A DNA stretch of 63,620 nt, counting the filler, from Asterionella formosa (Eukaryota): assembly GCA_002256025.1 (NCBI GenBank). It is 18 parts of 18 records of this genome, joined end to end, with 100 filler letters (N's around TTAATTAATTAA, not from the genome) between each part and the next. Parts side by side here need not be neighbours in the genome. Positions count along the whole stretch, not along the records: positions 24,978 to 26,255 come from NKIB01003256.1; positions 26,356 to 27,633 come from NKIB01003257.1; positions 27,734 to 29,011 come from NKIB01003258.1; positions 29,112 to 30,389 come from NKIB01003259.1; positions 30,490 to 31,767 come from NKIB01003260.1; positions 31,868 to 33,145 come from NKIB01003261.1; positions 33,246 to 53,983 come from NKIB01003262.1; 11 more parts are not named here. One strand, 5' to 3'. Under the pieces are notes generated by a model, which saw only the letters and a program-made list of their open reading frames with translations, ran no database searches and was not told the origin of the DNA. Every line of letters begins with the position of its first letter. Position 1 is the first letter of the stretch. Position numbers and translations under genes: made by a program. Below are positions 24,978 to 37,109 of this stretch, in pieces.

Positions 24978-25531
24978 CCAGATAGCTAGCCCAGAGTTCA
25001 ATGTTTCAGTCAGTTGAGTGCATAACATGATGTATGCAATCTCCAGGAGATGCAGACGCTGACAAACTTGTCCTGGTAACTGGCTGTACCTTCTATTAAA
25101 AACTATTCTGAATTGAATGGTAAAAAATGAAATGTTTTCTAACATTACCAAACTTGCCATAGAAATTGGCACAGCATTTTTCTTTAAATTTTTTCTTTTG
25201 GAAAAAATGGTGACTGAATCCACACCTATTATATACCAGTTACTCCCAAGTACTTTGAATCTCAATGACCCTAAACATAAAATAATTTGACAGCAGAACA
25301 ATGAAATTGTTTTGTTGATTGCTTGTTTTATAATCTCAACTGCTGGGATGTTGTTGATGGAAACGTTAGAATAGAAGGCCAGTTCAAAGCAAATCGGGGT
25401 GGCTAGCTGCTCATCAACCTCAAGCAATGAAATGTGGAAACACAATTTTTGGTAATGGGCGCCATGCCTTCTAAATTTATTGAGCTCTTCATTTTTCTTA
25501 TGATCGATTGATATTCATTTGAGGTGTGACA
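24978..25531 (-). pseudogene. Unknown ORF with an early TGA, running off the contig
   Basis: MSHLK*ISIDHKK... continues in frame into the predicted 171-aa ORF; no recognisable motif. Confidence 0.3.
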
Positions 25532-25804
25532 TTCTTCTTCATAAGTTCTGAGCGACGTACCAGGTACTACCTGGTACCGGTGCCGTATGGATAATGTTAG
25601 GAAAAATCTGATTGTAAGGGTCTCTTCCTTCTGTATTGAAAAAATGCCGATTTGGATACCGGTATCAGAATGTTGATGTAAGCGTGTTGTAATGTAAGGG
25701 AAATCAAAGAGGTGAAAGCATTTTACAGAAGCACAATCAATATGTATGCATGGAGGGATTCCTTCTTATCATATCCTTTTGGGGTTGCAAAACCCGGCTA
25801 AAGA

Positions 25805-26255
25805 TTATGCATATGTAGCGCATCCCCGTTCAGAAATAGATTTAACTCTCGTAATCTCACATTCTGAATCAACTTTGAGCTTGACAAAATTTTCGATGCT
25901 GCCTGACGCACGTCCGTTAAAAATGCGGAACCTTTCATCGGAAATATCTACCAGTAGCCCCATAGAATTTTGTTTCAGAAGACGGTTGGCTTCACGTCTC
26001 CTGTAGTTGAACCATGCATTCGAGATAGTACGTACAGATTGAAGAATGACTTGGGTAGCCTTCATTGTTGCGATGCGCTCGCGAACATCAGCTCCAGATA
26101 CTGGAGAAGCTGTAGTCGCAACACGTAACATGCTATGAGTTCGATCTGTACTGTAACCTAGATATCCAAGGGAAATCGCGGGGAAGAATTTCTGAACATT
26201 GGTACCAAGCTCGTGGAACATTACTGTCATGGCGACAAATCTCTCCAACGAGGCT
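25805..26255 (-). CDS. 3' part of a hypothetical protein (5' end off contig)
   Basis: Open from the contig edge; AMTVMFH...RVATTASPVSGADVR resembles a conserved algal protein of unknown function (from memory). Confidence 0.65.
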
Positions 26256-26596
26256 NNNNNNNNNNNNNNNNNNNNNNNNNNNNNNNNNNNNNNNNNNNNT
26301 TAATTAATTAANNNNNNNNNNNNNNNNNNNNNNNNNNNNNNNNNNNNNNNNNNNNCTGCTTTCCTGAGGATGGCTGATTACCTGATGGTCGTTCATACAA
26401 AATGCATCCTCACAAACGGTCTAACGGTACATACGACGGCGGAACCAAAAACACTTGACTGTTACCGGTATATTTATGCTGGTACCGGGTATGATACATG
26501 ATAAAAATGTGGCAAAGATGACACTGAATTCAATTAGTATCACACAATCATTTTAACTATGTAGTTAGCCTAAACGTTAGACTATATCTAGTAGAT

Positions 26597-27633
26597 TTAA
26601 AATGTAGGTCGCTCTCGACCTCTCATTTGGGAATAGAAAAAAATGCCCAAGATGGCAAGTGCACTGGTGGCTGCAACTAGAGCGTACATGGCCCAGTCAG
26701 TGCCAGTCTCATGGGGTGTTACAGTATTGCCACGCCTACTTAATGCAACCATTGACCCTTTTTCTCCATTGTCTCCTTTTTCTCCTTCATCAGCCATCAT
26801 AGTTTCTGTTGAATTGGCAGGGGCCATCTTATTTCCATCAAAACAGTGAGTGACGACCATGCCGAGGTCTTTAGGAACATTGACAAAACTGCCTTCATTA
26901 TTGGAGGGTGCATTGCTTGCTAATTCATCACCAGATTTAGCAAGTTCATAACTAGTTGATTCATCGAAAGATCCAGTGTAGGCATGTACATCTGTTTCAA
27001 CAACATTAGAAGAAGGATTGACGGTTGAAACCTCAACATTTCCGGGAGAAGGGAAAACTTTTAATGTGTCCTCCATTGGAGGCAAATTGATGGATGGTGC
27101 GCTATTGTTGTGGAGTGCAGGAATGTCGACTTGACAATTTTCTGTTGCCGGGATTAAAAAGTCTGCATCGCTCAGGAGAAGGCAATTTTGGCAAACAATA
27201 CTACTGGTTTCTGCATCATAGACCTTTGTCTCGTTTTGACCAATTTGGATATCAACGAAATCATTCGTTCTTTCGAACTGGTAAGTAAGTGAATCCTGTG
27301 TTGCTAACAGCGACTTCCTGGGGCCATCGAATGGGTTCGGCTCCTCAAGGCTACCTTGATTTGGCATCACAGTATTGATTGCATCAGTAGCAGCTTCTTG
27401 GCAACCATTAGCAAAAATACAAATTGGCTCTTGCTGATAGACCGCCACATAATTTACATCTGGATTATCATTCTCGTGGTCTTCAACGACCCCATTATTT
27501 AAAGGAGAGCTCATGTATTTTTTTGTCACATTCATGTACTCCACTTGTTGATCCTCCTCCATCTTCGACATCGTGGCAACAGCTGCCATACTTGCTCCAA
27601 CAATGGCAGCACCAGTGGCTCCTGCAATCACTC
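26597..27633 (-). CDS. 3' part of a low-complexity acidic protein with a C-terminal membrane anchor
   Basis: 344-aa open frame from the contig edge; hydrophobic WAMYALVAATSALAILGIFFY followed by a short basic tail. Confidence 0.7.
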
Positions 27634-28879
27634 NNNNNNNNNNNNNNNNNNNNNNNNNNNNNNNNNNNNNNNNNNNNTTAATTAATTAANNNNNNNNNNN
27701 NNNNNNNNNNNNNNNNNNNNNNNNNNNNNNNNNCGAGACTTTTCAGCATACGGCTACCTTCTTTGCAAATGCTTGCCTACGGGGATACATGTGGTGGGCG
27801 TTGACATGATTGATTGCCCAATTTTATTGTCGCCCATTCCAGGAGGTACTGCCACTGGCCTATTTGGAAGTGGCCACATTGGCAATGGGAAGTGTGACAT
27901 TTCTAGTGAGTGCTTCAGCATGTATGGTGGTGTTGGTACCGAATATTGTAGTGGAACTTCCCAGGCCCCAAGTGCAAAGCCAGACCTCCCAGCAGTCTTG
28001 CTCCATTAATTATTGCAACTAGGTAGCACTGGTCCAACAAGTTCCAGTGGTACTGCATCATTTTTGCTTTCTACTGCATTTGTTGTGATGATCCAGACCA
28101 TTATAGCACTGCACATTCAGTGACCAAACACACACAAACACCCATCATGACTCTATTTGTTGTTCAGTTGCCAGCCTACTCCTACAGTACCAATGAGTGG
28201 CCAGGGGTGAAACTTGAGATGAATTGAGTTCGATTTTTTTGGTGCACTCTCTGGGCAACAAGGAATCCATGTTATTTGTTTTCACAAGTAAGTAAAATTA
28301 GCAACATTATTACAAGTGTATTTATGTTGGAAATGGAGATCAAACCAAAATGAAACAAATAGCCTTCATTGCAATTTTCATCATGGTCAGATTGAGGGAA
28401 ATTCTTTTGAGATAATTTCAAATAAAACAACTATGTAATATAATGACTATATGTCAATACTGTGCTTGATAGAGTACAGCTACAGAAATTACATTTAACA
28501 CCACCACCAATACAAGAACTATTCCGTAAATGATGGAGAATGGATACTACCCTATAATATCATTGGCAAATTCAAACTCATGGAAAAATGAGTTCTAAAT
28601 AACCATTAGGATAGTAAAAGCGAATTTTAGTGTAGAAGGACTAATAATTTCCAAGTCATTCGTGAATATCGGTAAAATGTGCGTGTTGCTCTCACCACCG
28701 TCATCATCGGTCTTCCTCAACCAAATTAAGTTTATTCTATGAAATTTTGTGTTGAGTTGCATTTCAATTTACCGGACAATTCGACATTTATGTAGGTGAG
28801 ATATGAACAGGCCACTTATAATGAATTCTACACACAAATGTGCCACAGCACGGAATCCAGAATCCGTTCGTAAGCCATA

Positions 28880-29011
28880 CATCTAAGACGCGAAATACGC
28901 CACTTTTCGAAATTTCGTCTACGTATGAGTGTTAATTATGTGGTACTTCACATGCATTAATGCCACTCTTCACGTAAAAAAGATTACTTTTAACGGTTTC
29001 ATGTGAAGTGT
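28880..29011 (+). mobile_element. CATCTAAGACGC element, family B terminus
   Basis: Reverse complement of 58503-58634; shares the first 12 nt with family A. Confidence 0.75.
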
Positions 29012-29111
29012 NNNNNNNNNNNNNNNNNNNNNNNNNNNNNNNNNNNNNNNNNNNNTTAATTAATTAANNNNNNNNNNNNNNNNNNNNNNNNNNNNNNNNN
29101 NNNNNNNNNNN

Positions 29112-29560
29112 AGGTGTGGAAAATGGCAATTCGCAGATGGATTGTTTGGAGATCAATTTTTAGAAATGTTATTGCATGCAAATAGCCTAGCAAATCATGG
29201 CCTTCAGATCCATCAGATTGTCAAAATGCCCCAAAACAAATATTAGTATCTAATTATTAATTCCTATAGTTTGTTATCATTTTACCTACTATTTATTAGT
29301 TTGCTAACGCAAAAAGAGCACCATCATTGCTAATCAACTGGTTGATTTGACATTGCTATAGTACTGTTCTCAAGGAGTGCATATCTTCATGGCCGATTTT
29401 TCAAAAAATAAGCAAAGAGAAACATAAAGTATTTGTTCAGAAGCTCTCCCAAAACTTCGGTGAAACTCGAAACAGAAGTTTCACCTATAGAAAAACAGGC
29501 AAAAACAACCTGGATAATGATGCAAACATGTGACTACAGTGAAGGTTGCATATGGGAACA
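29112..29560 (+). repeat. Dispersed repeat family R3
   Basis: Diverged copies at ~39820-40190 and ~58960-59430; all end near GAC..C..(G/A)AAGGTTGCAT. Confidence 0.7.
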
Positions 29561-31923
29561 AGGAGTTTGTCTCTGTGAATTCCCATGATTCCTCAAGCAG
29601 CTGTTTGTTTGAATATTTAAATTGAGTAGTAATTGGCGCCAGATTAATATAGTTTCATTTCAAACTATCAAAAATGATATTTAAATGTTTATATTAAATC
29701 TTCGTTAGTTTATGTGAATGTAATATTACTCAACGCCAAAACAAATATATGAATCAGGTGTATACCAGCCAGTATGAATAATAATGTATCATGCTCAAAA
29801 ACATGAAATGAAATGATATTCCTACTATACTCAGAAAGGTTTCTTGTGTATGATTTTTGATGAGACACCCACCAGAAAGTGCTTATCATTGTTGATTTGA
29901 GTGAGAACTAAGTTTGCTGCACCAAAATAATGTTACTGATTTCTTGTAGCAGCAGAGTTGCAAGGAATTTGCAGCCTGAAGAACAAGACATGTCTTTAGT
30001 TGTGGCATCTGAATCCTATTTCTACACCACAACAGCTCTTTTTGGAAAGGAATACATGGTGAGAAATGGGCAGATGGAGAATGTCAAGACTAGCTACTAT
30101 ACTGAGTAGTACATTTAAAAGTGTTTCAAAAGTCATTGTGTAAAATCCCTTGAGATGCAACTGTTTGGCTACAAATGGACACAAATAGTACCAGTTTGAT
30201 TTGTCTGTACAGCAGCAACAATGGGACCTGTTTCTTTGTCAGCCTCACCCCTACAACCCTAGTAGGGACTAAGTACATAAAAGAAAGACAGGTGAAGAAT
30301 GCAGGAATCAAGCCTGCCACCTCATGAGGTGTGCTGACCATGCACCTACTGCTTGGATATATTCAGGAGTATATAACAAGCTTTATACTNNNNNNNNNNN
30401 NNNNNNNNNNNNNNNNNNNNNNNNNNNNNNNNNTTAATTAATTAANNNNNNNNNNNNNNNNNNNNNNNNNNNNNNNNNNNNNNNNNNNNACACTTCCAGT
30501 TCTTGTTGTTAACCGAAGGTGCCAGCAGCTTGTGGTCGTTGTGTCGATATTCTCATTGAAGGTCACCGCCGTCCTGAGATTTGAACATTTTGCTTTTGGT
30601 GGGTATAATTTGCAGGTACTAAGGCCGTTGCTAACGGTGGACCAAAATGCAAACCAAACAGTGTTTTGGTTTTGGTAACCCTAAAAAACGATGCTAACGG
30701 GAGTGAAAAACCCAACGCAAACGCATTACGTTTAGGGGATTCCGTGCCCATATCCCAATAAGTTACCCAAACGCATTACGTTTAGGTTTTTTTCCAAAGT
30801 TACCTAAACGTAGGATTCCATATTGACTACTTTGAATGTAGTCACTAGAAACCCAATTAATATCGTCGCAGAATCACTACATATAGGACACATCATATGC
30901 CAGTACCAGTATATCATATCTATAAACAACAATAGCTATACAGTACTGTTATTGGTAAAATTCAACCCAAGTTGTATTTTTCTGTAGACCCCTGGTATTG
31001 TCCTACTCGGGACATGATGGTACCTTGACAGTATTGACAACATTTTACCGTGGTAAAATTAGGTACTGACCTCCAAGAATTTCAACCTGGTTGCATTGGC
31101 GGTTGAATTTTTCCTCTTCTTTTGGTTGAATTTTCAACTCAGATTAGTCGTATATTGTTGTAACCTCTTGGGAAATTCAACCACTGCACCATCATAAATG
31201 ACAAGCGAAATGAATGTTTGCGATAACGTCTTCAATTTTTTGGTCAAGTGATCTTTATATCTTCGAGTATTCGTCATGTGCAGTGAACCTTTGTTCATAA
31301 TCATTCAATTAAGAGTTTACAGGAGAGAAGAAACCATTCGAACTCGTAATGTTTCCGCACAGCACCACAGCGCACAAAGTATATCCGTTTCGTCCACTTC
31401 AGCATGACAATCTCGCCAATCAATCCATAAACAAACACATTCTACTTGTTCTCGTTGAAATTTTCAATTCTCACATGATACTACATCTACTATTGAGATT
31501 CAGCATAGAAAGAGATACGAAAATGTGCGTAACAGACTACTGTCCACATAGCTATAGTTATAGAATGATTCTGATTAGAACGCATTTCATTTTCATATCG
31601 CTCGCTCGTTTCTGCATTTGGTATACTGTACTTGAATTAACTATTGAACTTGTCCGCATCTTTGATACCATCAAGCAAGAGAGCGAAAGCAAGTGGCTCT
31701 TTTCATTGTTGTTTGCTCGTAGGAAGAATTTGATATCTGTATCGTCATTTGCTTGTTGGAATTGTCCNNNNNNNNNNNNNNNNNNNNNNNNNNNNNNNNN
31801 NNNNNNNNNNNTTAATTAATTAANNNNNNNNNNNNNNNNNNNNNNNNNNNNNNNNNNNNNNNNNNNNTATTTGATCAGAGTATCATGCATGCATTCCTGA
31901 TCATCACTATATTACGTGATCAC

Positions 31924-31994
31924 CTTCACATAATTATTTGAAATACTTCACATAATTATTTGAAATACTTCACATAATTATTTGAAATACTTCA
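31924..31994. repeat. 22-bp minisatellite, 3 copies
   Basis: CTTCACATAATTATTTGAAATA repeated. Confidence 0.9.
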
Positions 31995-34900
31995 ATTAAT
32001 TCTGTAATTCAGTTCACATTGCCTTAAATTTTTGTTCACGTAATTCTATAATATAGTTCACGTAATGTATTAAATTTTTTTACGTAATTTAAAAGTACTA
32101 TCAAATAATGTTGATTACTAATTCAACAACCGGTATTTCACATTACATGGGAAACAAATCTCGATATGCAATCAAACAAAGCTGTTCTATCAGAATGGCA
32201 TCTTCAGTCTTGAGAAGGCAGGCATTATTAGACATCTGTAAGGACATTGCAAGACGAGGAGAAGCCATTCATTCAGAAGGGGGAAATTATTCACTCTTGA
32301 ACAGGCATCATTCTACGAAGTTGCAACATGAATGCATCCTCACACACTGATTTCCTTCTTGTACTTGAAATGACTTCTTCATTGACCTGCAGAGATTTTC
32401 ATAACAACAGTGTGTCAGTAATGTATATGATAGAACTAGCAACAGCAGAAAGCAACACACAGTTCATTCCGGACCTCATTGTCCCTGCCTGTTGTCAACA
32501 ACAATGCGTGAGCTGACAAGCCATACTAGCATTTAGGTAAACAACAAGAACACACTCACCATTCAACTGTATTGCAGAGTTCTTTTATTTGAGTCGAGGA
32601 TTCAATTGACATTGCAGCAAACCCTTTCAATTCAGGAGCATTCGGATGAAATCCAGGATTGAGTATTGTTGCTTTCTGATTCTGTGTTAATGTCATATGA
32701 TAACAGGGCTCCGTAAATCATGAGTTGTTAGTGTGCCTTGGCGTGCTGTTTGTCATGCTGCCAGCTGCTGCTGTATTTATAATGAATAATTGAACAACTG
32801 GCACATAAAGATTCGCATAGTCGTTCAATAATTCAGTAGAGGAGTTTCGTATCTCCTTCTATGCTGAATCGAAATAGTAGATGTAGTATCATGTGAGAAT
32901 TGAAGTATGCCAAATGCAGAAACGAGCAAGCGATATGAAAATGAAATGCGTTCTAATCAGAATCATTCTATAACTATAGCTATGTGGACAGTAGTCTGTT
33001 ACGCACATTTTCGTATCTCCTTCTATGCTGAATCGAAATAGTAGATGTAGTATCATGTGAGAATTGAAAATTTCAACGAGAACAAGTACCGGTAGAATGT
33101 GTCTGTTTACGGGTTGATTGGCGAGATTGTCATGCTGAAGTGGACNNNNNNNNNNNNNNNNNNNNNNNNNNNNNNNNNNNNNNNNNNNNTTAATTAATTA
33201 ANNNNNNNNNNNNNNNNNNNNNNNNNNNNNNNNNNNNNNNNNNNNGAAACCCATCAGACATTTTAATACCACAGCCTCACCATCACACGTACGTCAAACA
33301 TTGGAATACCCAATGGCACTGCACCCCTGGCACCAGGGAGCAAGGGCACATGAGAAATGCATAATTCTCACAAAAGGTTTTCAAGATTACCGGTATGAAT
33401 TCGTTACTTCTAAGCAGGACTATTTCGTTATGAGTTGTGCCATGTCACCACCACCATGGGCGCATTCCTCACATCTAGCTGGTTATAATAGCGGTCGAAT
33501 GTCTCAAGCCTACTAGAGAAGCAACACAGCAGGCAAAAGCCGAGGGCCGGGGCCCGGCGGGGCAACATGTTGTGCTTCAAATTAGATGCGACTAAAAGGG
33601 CAATTGATTTTGATGGTAAAAAGAATTCAAATTTCTTCGGATTGTTTAACAGCTAATTTAATTTCGTTTCGTCGCTGCAATCAAGAGAAAGGAAATGAGG
33701 GGTCGATCGAAAACGATTTCTTTCATTTGTCAGCCAATCTTGGCCACATTTTAGACTTGAGCTAATACACATACGGCGAGCTTAAGCTTGAAATGTGGCC
33801 AAGATTGGCTGAAAGATGAAGAAGTTGAAAATCGCGAAGTATCAACAATAATTTTTTTCGGAGTTTTAGCGCTGGTATGTTTCCTCGTAGAAACGTCATG
33901 TAGAAGTAGCTTCATTACGATGAAGCTAGACAAAACTACTGGAACTCATTAATACGAAGGATTGTCACGACGATGGGCTTGATTTGTTCAAGCGACACTT
34001 ACTCTACTACTAACTGGGATGTTTTGCTCCGCTTTTCCACAGGGCTGTTGACCTCAAAGAACGCTAACATCGTGCCATGAGTGATACCATTTTATAGAAA
34101 TAATCGAAGAGTTGTCTGTATTTGAATGCAGCTAGTGGAAACGACAATTAACAGGTTGATGCAAGGACCTCACCACTGACTTCATCCAACAACTAATAAG
34201 TGCCACCATGGAAATGTCACCCACCGAAGCATCAAATCCTATCACAAGCGCCACAACAGGAATGAACGACATCTACAAAATCAAGAACATGAGGACAGTT
34301 TTCAGTACACACAAAAGTGACAACAAGCGCCCATAACAAGCAACAACCAACCACAAGCACGCAAGCAACGAAGTGAAAATGATACCGGAAGATCTCACTG
34401 CCAGGAATCAAGACAATGCATAATGACAGCCGCAACAGCAATGAAATCTACGAAATCAAGAACAAGACTGTTTTCACAACGCACAACCGCCCACAACAAA
34501 CACTAACCTCATAACCAACAACAAGCACAATGGCACCGGAAGATAGCACTGCCAAGAACCAACACAAGGCATCATAATGATAATCAAATCTACGATTTCA
34601 TTAAAAAATAGATTGTTAGCATAAAAATACTCCTTCAGATTGTAAGCTTCAATGGCGATTTGATTGTTTGATTGGTTTTCGACTAGAAATAGTAAGCGTT
34701 GCTAGCGAATACGCGACGAAGCTAGTAAATTCTGGTTCCACTGTACTGTCCCTATTTTTGTATAGAACAACTAAACCATTTACTCTAACAGTCATACATA
34801 GTCTCCAATGAATCCAAATAGACAGGCCTGTTGCCTTTAAAGGTTGTTTTTAGATCCGTAGTGGTCTTAAAAGTTACCGCCATGGTCGTTTGAAAGTCAC

Positions 34901-35160
34901 TAGCTTTGTCGTGTTAATTGATTTTTCGGGGTGTCAAATCAATTTTGACAGATGATTACTATGAACTAGTCTTAAAAAGTACTTAAGGGTTTTATTGACA
35001 AGCCTCTTCAAAAAACTCGGGGAAACTAGCAAAACAAGTTTTAGCTTTAACAACTACCGGTACGGGCATTGTTGCATGTCGTTAATATAAATATTTGCCG
35101 ACATTATATTTTTACGCTTACCGGTACCTGGTACTTTCATTGAACAATAGTACCAGGTAG

Positions 35161-35420
35161 AGGAAAATGATATTTCGTCCCCTTATACATCGTATACCCG
35201 GTGGCATTTCGATACCCCTAACCCTAACACTAACCCTTTACTCTTGCAAGCATCTAAAGATAAGGGTTAGGTTGGGTTAGGATGGGTTAGGGTGGGTTAG
35301 GGTGGGTTAGGGTGGGTTAGGGTGAGTTAGGGTGAGTTAGGGTTAGGATTAGGGTTAGGATTAGGGGGACGAAACATCGAAATACCACCGTAAGGGAGGA
35401 AATACCGGTATCATTTTCCT
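35161..35420. mobile_element. Fold-back element carrying telomere-like repeats
   Basis: 12-bp inverted ends AGGAAAATGATA/TATCATTTTCCT; inner IR CGGTGGCATTTCGAT/ATCGAAATACCACCG; CCCTAA repeats on the left arm, TTAGGG and GGTGGGTTAG repeats on the right. Confidence 0.65.
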
Positions 35421-35675
35421 TCATACGCGGTGCTACACATTATAAAAAATACAGGGAAACTTTAACTACGGTAATATAAATTGATCACAATTCTGGCTGA
35501 TTGGGCGGATGCATTGGCTACGTGATATGAAAACATTTTGCGGCTCCAGGGTACTCCTCCTGTTGGAATACTCTTCGCTACTGCTGTCGACCAATTTTTC
35601 GGTTGGCTGTGCTGCTTCTAAAACCGAAGCAACAACAACTCCCTGCTCCTTTCTCTTACTTTTAGTAGACCAGAC

Positions 35676-36950
35676 ATGATGGCAATTCGCAGTTACTCAT
35701 TCAAGAATGAATTACTAGCACTCGCCTTTTTGACTGCTCTGCTTCATTTGGGCAATCAGAAACTAGCGACTCAGTTATCCTCTTTGACGGTGAAATCCAG
35801 TAGCACTGGCAATCAGACAGCAAAAGGGAAAGAGTTTGTGTCCAGAAGCACTGGCAATCAGACAGCAAAAGTGAAAGAGTTTGTGACCATGAATCAGACA
35901 GCAGCAGTATTTACCAACCCGAACACTTGCCAAAGTCTTGGCAGAACTAAGCCTAATCAAGTATGCTCGTCATGGGATGTGAACATGGATTCGTGGTGGA
36001 CCCATCATCCAGAATGGGAGGTTTCGTTTGAAAATGACGTTTGCTTTTGCTTCAGAAAGATGGCGAACCATACACCAAAGTTCAAGTTTCTTCGTGAAAT
36101 TTACAATCTACAGTTTTCCAATTCAACGAATTGTTCGGAAGTCTACAGTAGAAAAATGCTTTCTCTTGGTTTTGGATTTGACACATCAAGGCTGGCTGAT
36201 AGACTTCTTTACGGCTACCAGAACAATCGACCGTTTCAACTTATAAGAAATGAATGGAAGTATGCCGTTTCGCTGGACAAAACAGTTAAAGTGTGTCCGG
36301 ATGCATCTGCACTTTGTTACTTTTTACCTCTCGGAAGTTGCCCAGCAGGAAAGGACCAAGTCGGTGTCAAGGGAGACTGGTATATGGACTCAAGTGGAAG
36401 GATTCAAACAAAGCAACTCCAACTAGCATGGTTACGGGTACATGCCACGCGACCTCAGCAATGGTTCCGTAAGCGCCTGTATGAGTATATGAACGAGCGC
36501 TTCCCCTGGGAGGTGCGAACACCATGTGTAGCCATGCATGTTCGTCGATCTGATGTTGTCAAAGAATCTCGAAGGTATACTTCAATTACCAAATATCTAG
36601 AAAAAGTGCCGGTTCTCAAATCAAGGAGAATTATGAACATTATGCTCTTCACTGACGATGCTCACGCTATTGGTGAAACAGTCGAGCTTCACCCAGACTA
36701 CAACTGGATGTACATGAATAAGAGAAGGTATCGTGGAACAGAAGGGAAACAGGGAGTTTATATGCCATCGCATGATCCTGTGATGGAGGTTTTGGATATA
36801 TATTCAACCTTTCGGCTCGCCATGCATTGTGACATTCTGGTTCATTCCAAGAGCACCTTCGCTGATGCAATTTACGCCTACATGGTTTCAACAGGACGTA
36901 AAATCAAGCGTATCATGATTGACACAGGCCAAGGGAACCTTCCTGATTAA
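35676..36950 (+). CDS. GT23/alpha-1,6-fucosyltransferase-like type II membrane glycosyltransferase, paralog 1
   Basis: N-terminal hydrophobic anchor; HVRRSD and LFTDD motifs typical of GDP-fucose transferases; aligns along its length to 41827-43104. Confidence 0.75.
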   Translation: MMAIRSYSFKNELLALAFLTALLHLGNQKLATQLSSLTVKSSSTGNQTAKGKEFVSRSTGNQTAKVKEFVTMNQTAAVFTNPNTCQSLGRTKPNQVCSSWDVNMDSWWTHHPEWEVSFENDVCFCFRKMANHTPKFKFLREIYNLQFSNSTNCSEVYSRKMLSLGFGFDTSRLADRLLYGYQNNRPFQLIRNEWKYAVSLDKTVKVCPDASALCYFLPLGSCPAGKDQVGVKGDWYMDSSGRIQTKQLQLAWLRVHATRPQQWFRKRLYEYMNERFPWEVRTPCVAMHVRRSDVVKESRRYTSITKYLEKVPVLKSRRIMNIMLFTDDAHAIGETVELHPDYNWMYMNKRRYRGTEGKQGVYMPSHDPVMEVLDIYSTFRLAMHCDILVHSKSTFADAIYAYMVSTGRKIKRIMIDTGQGNLPD

Positions 36951-37109
36951 AAATATTCAGGCTCGAATGAGATTTTTGCCAATAAATAGGAGGTGCCGAG
37001 AAAGAAGAATAGGAGCTAATTATAGTATCGATTCGCTCGTTTCAAGCATAGATTTTGATGTTTTCATTTCGTATCCATGATTGCAATTCCTATCCTGAAG
37101 ATTATATAT

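Noticed and set aside
30620..30810. TAA-GGCCGTTGCTAACGG as a Harbinger MITE end
   Set aside because: Only one end is visible and there is no second copy in the window.
35263..35366. A true chromosome end
   Set aside because: The repeats are degenerate, short and internal to the contig, inside an inverted-repeat element.
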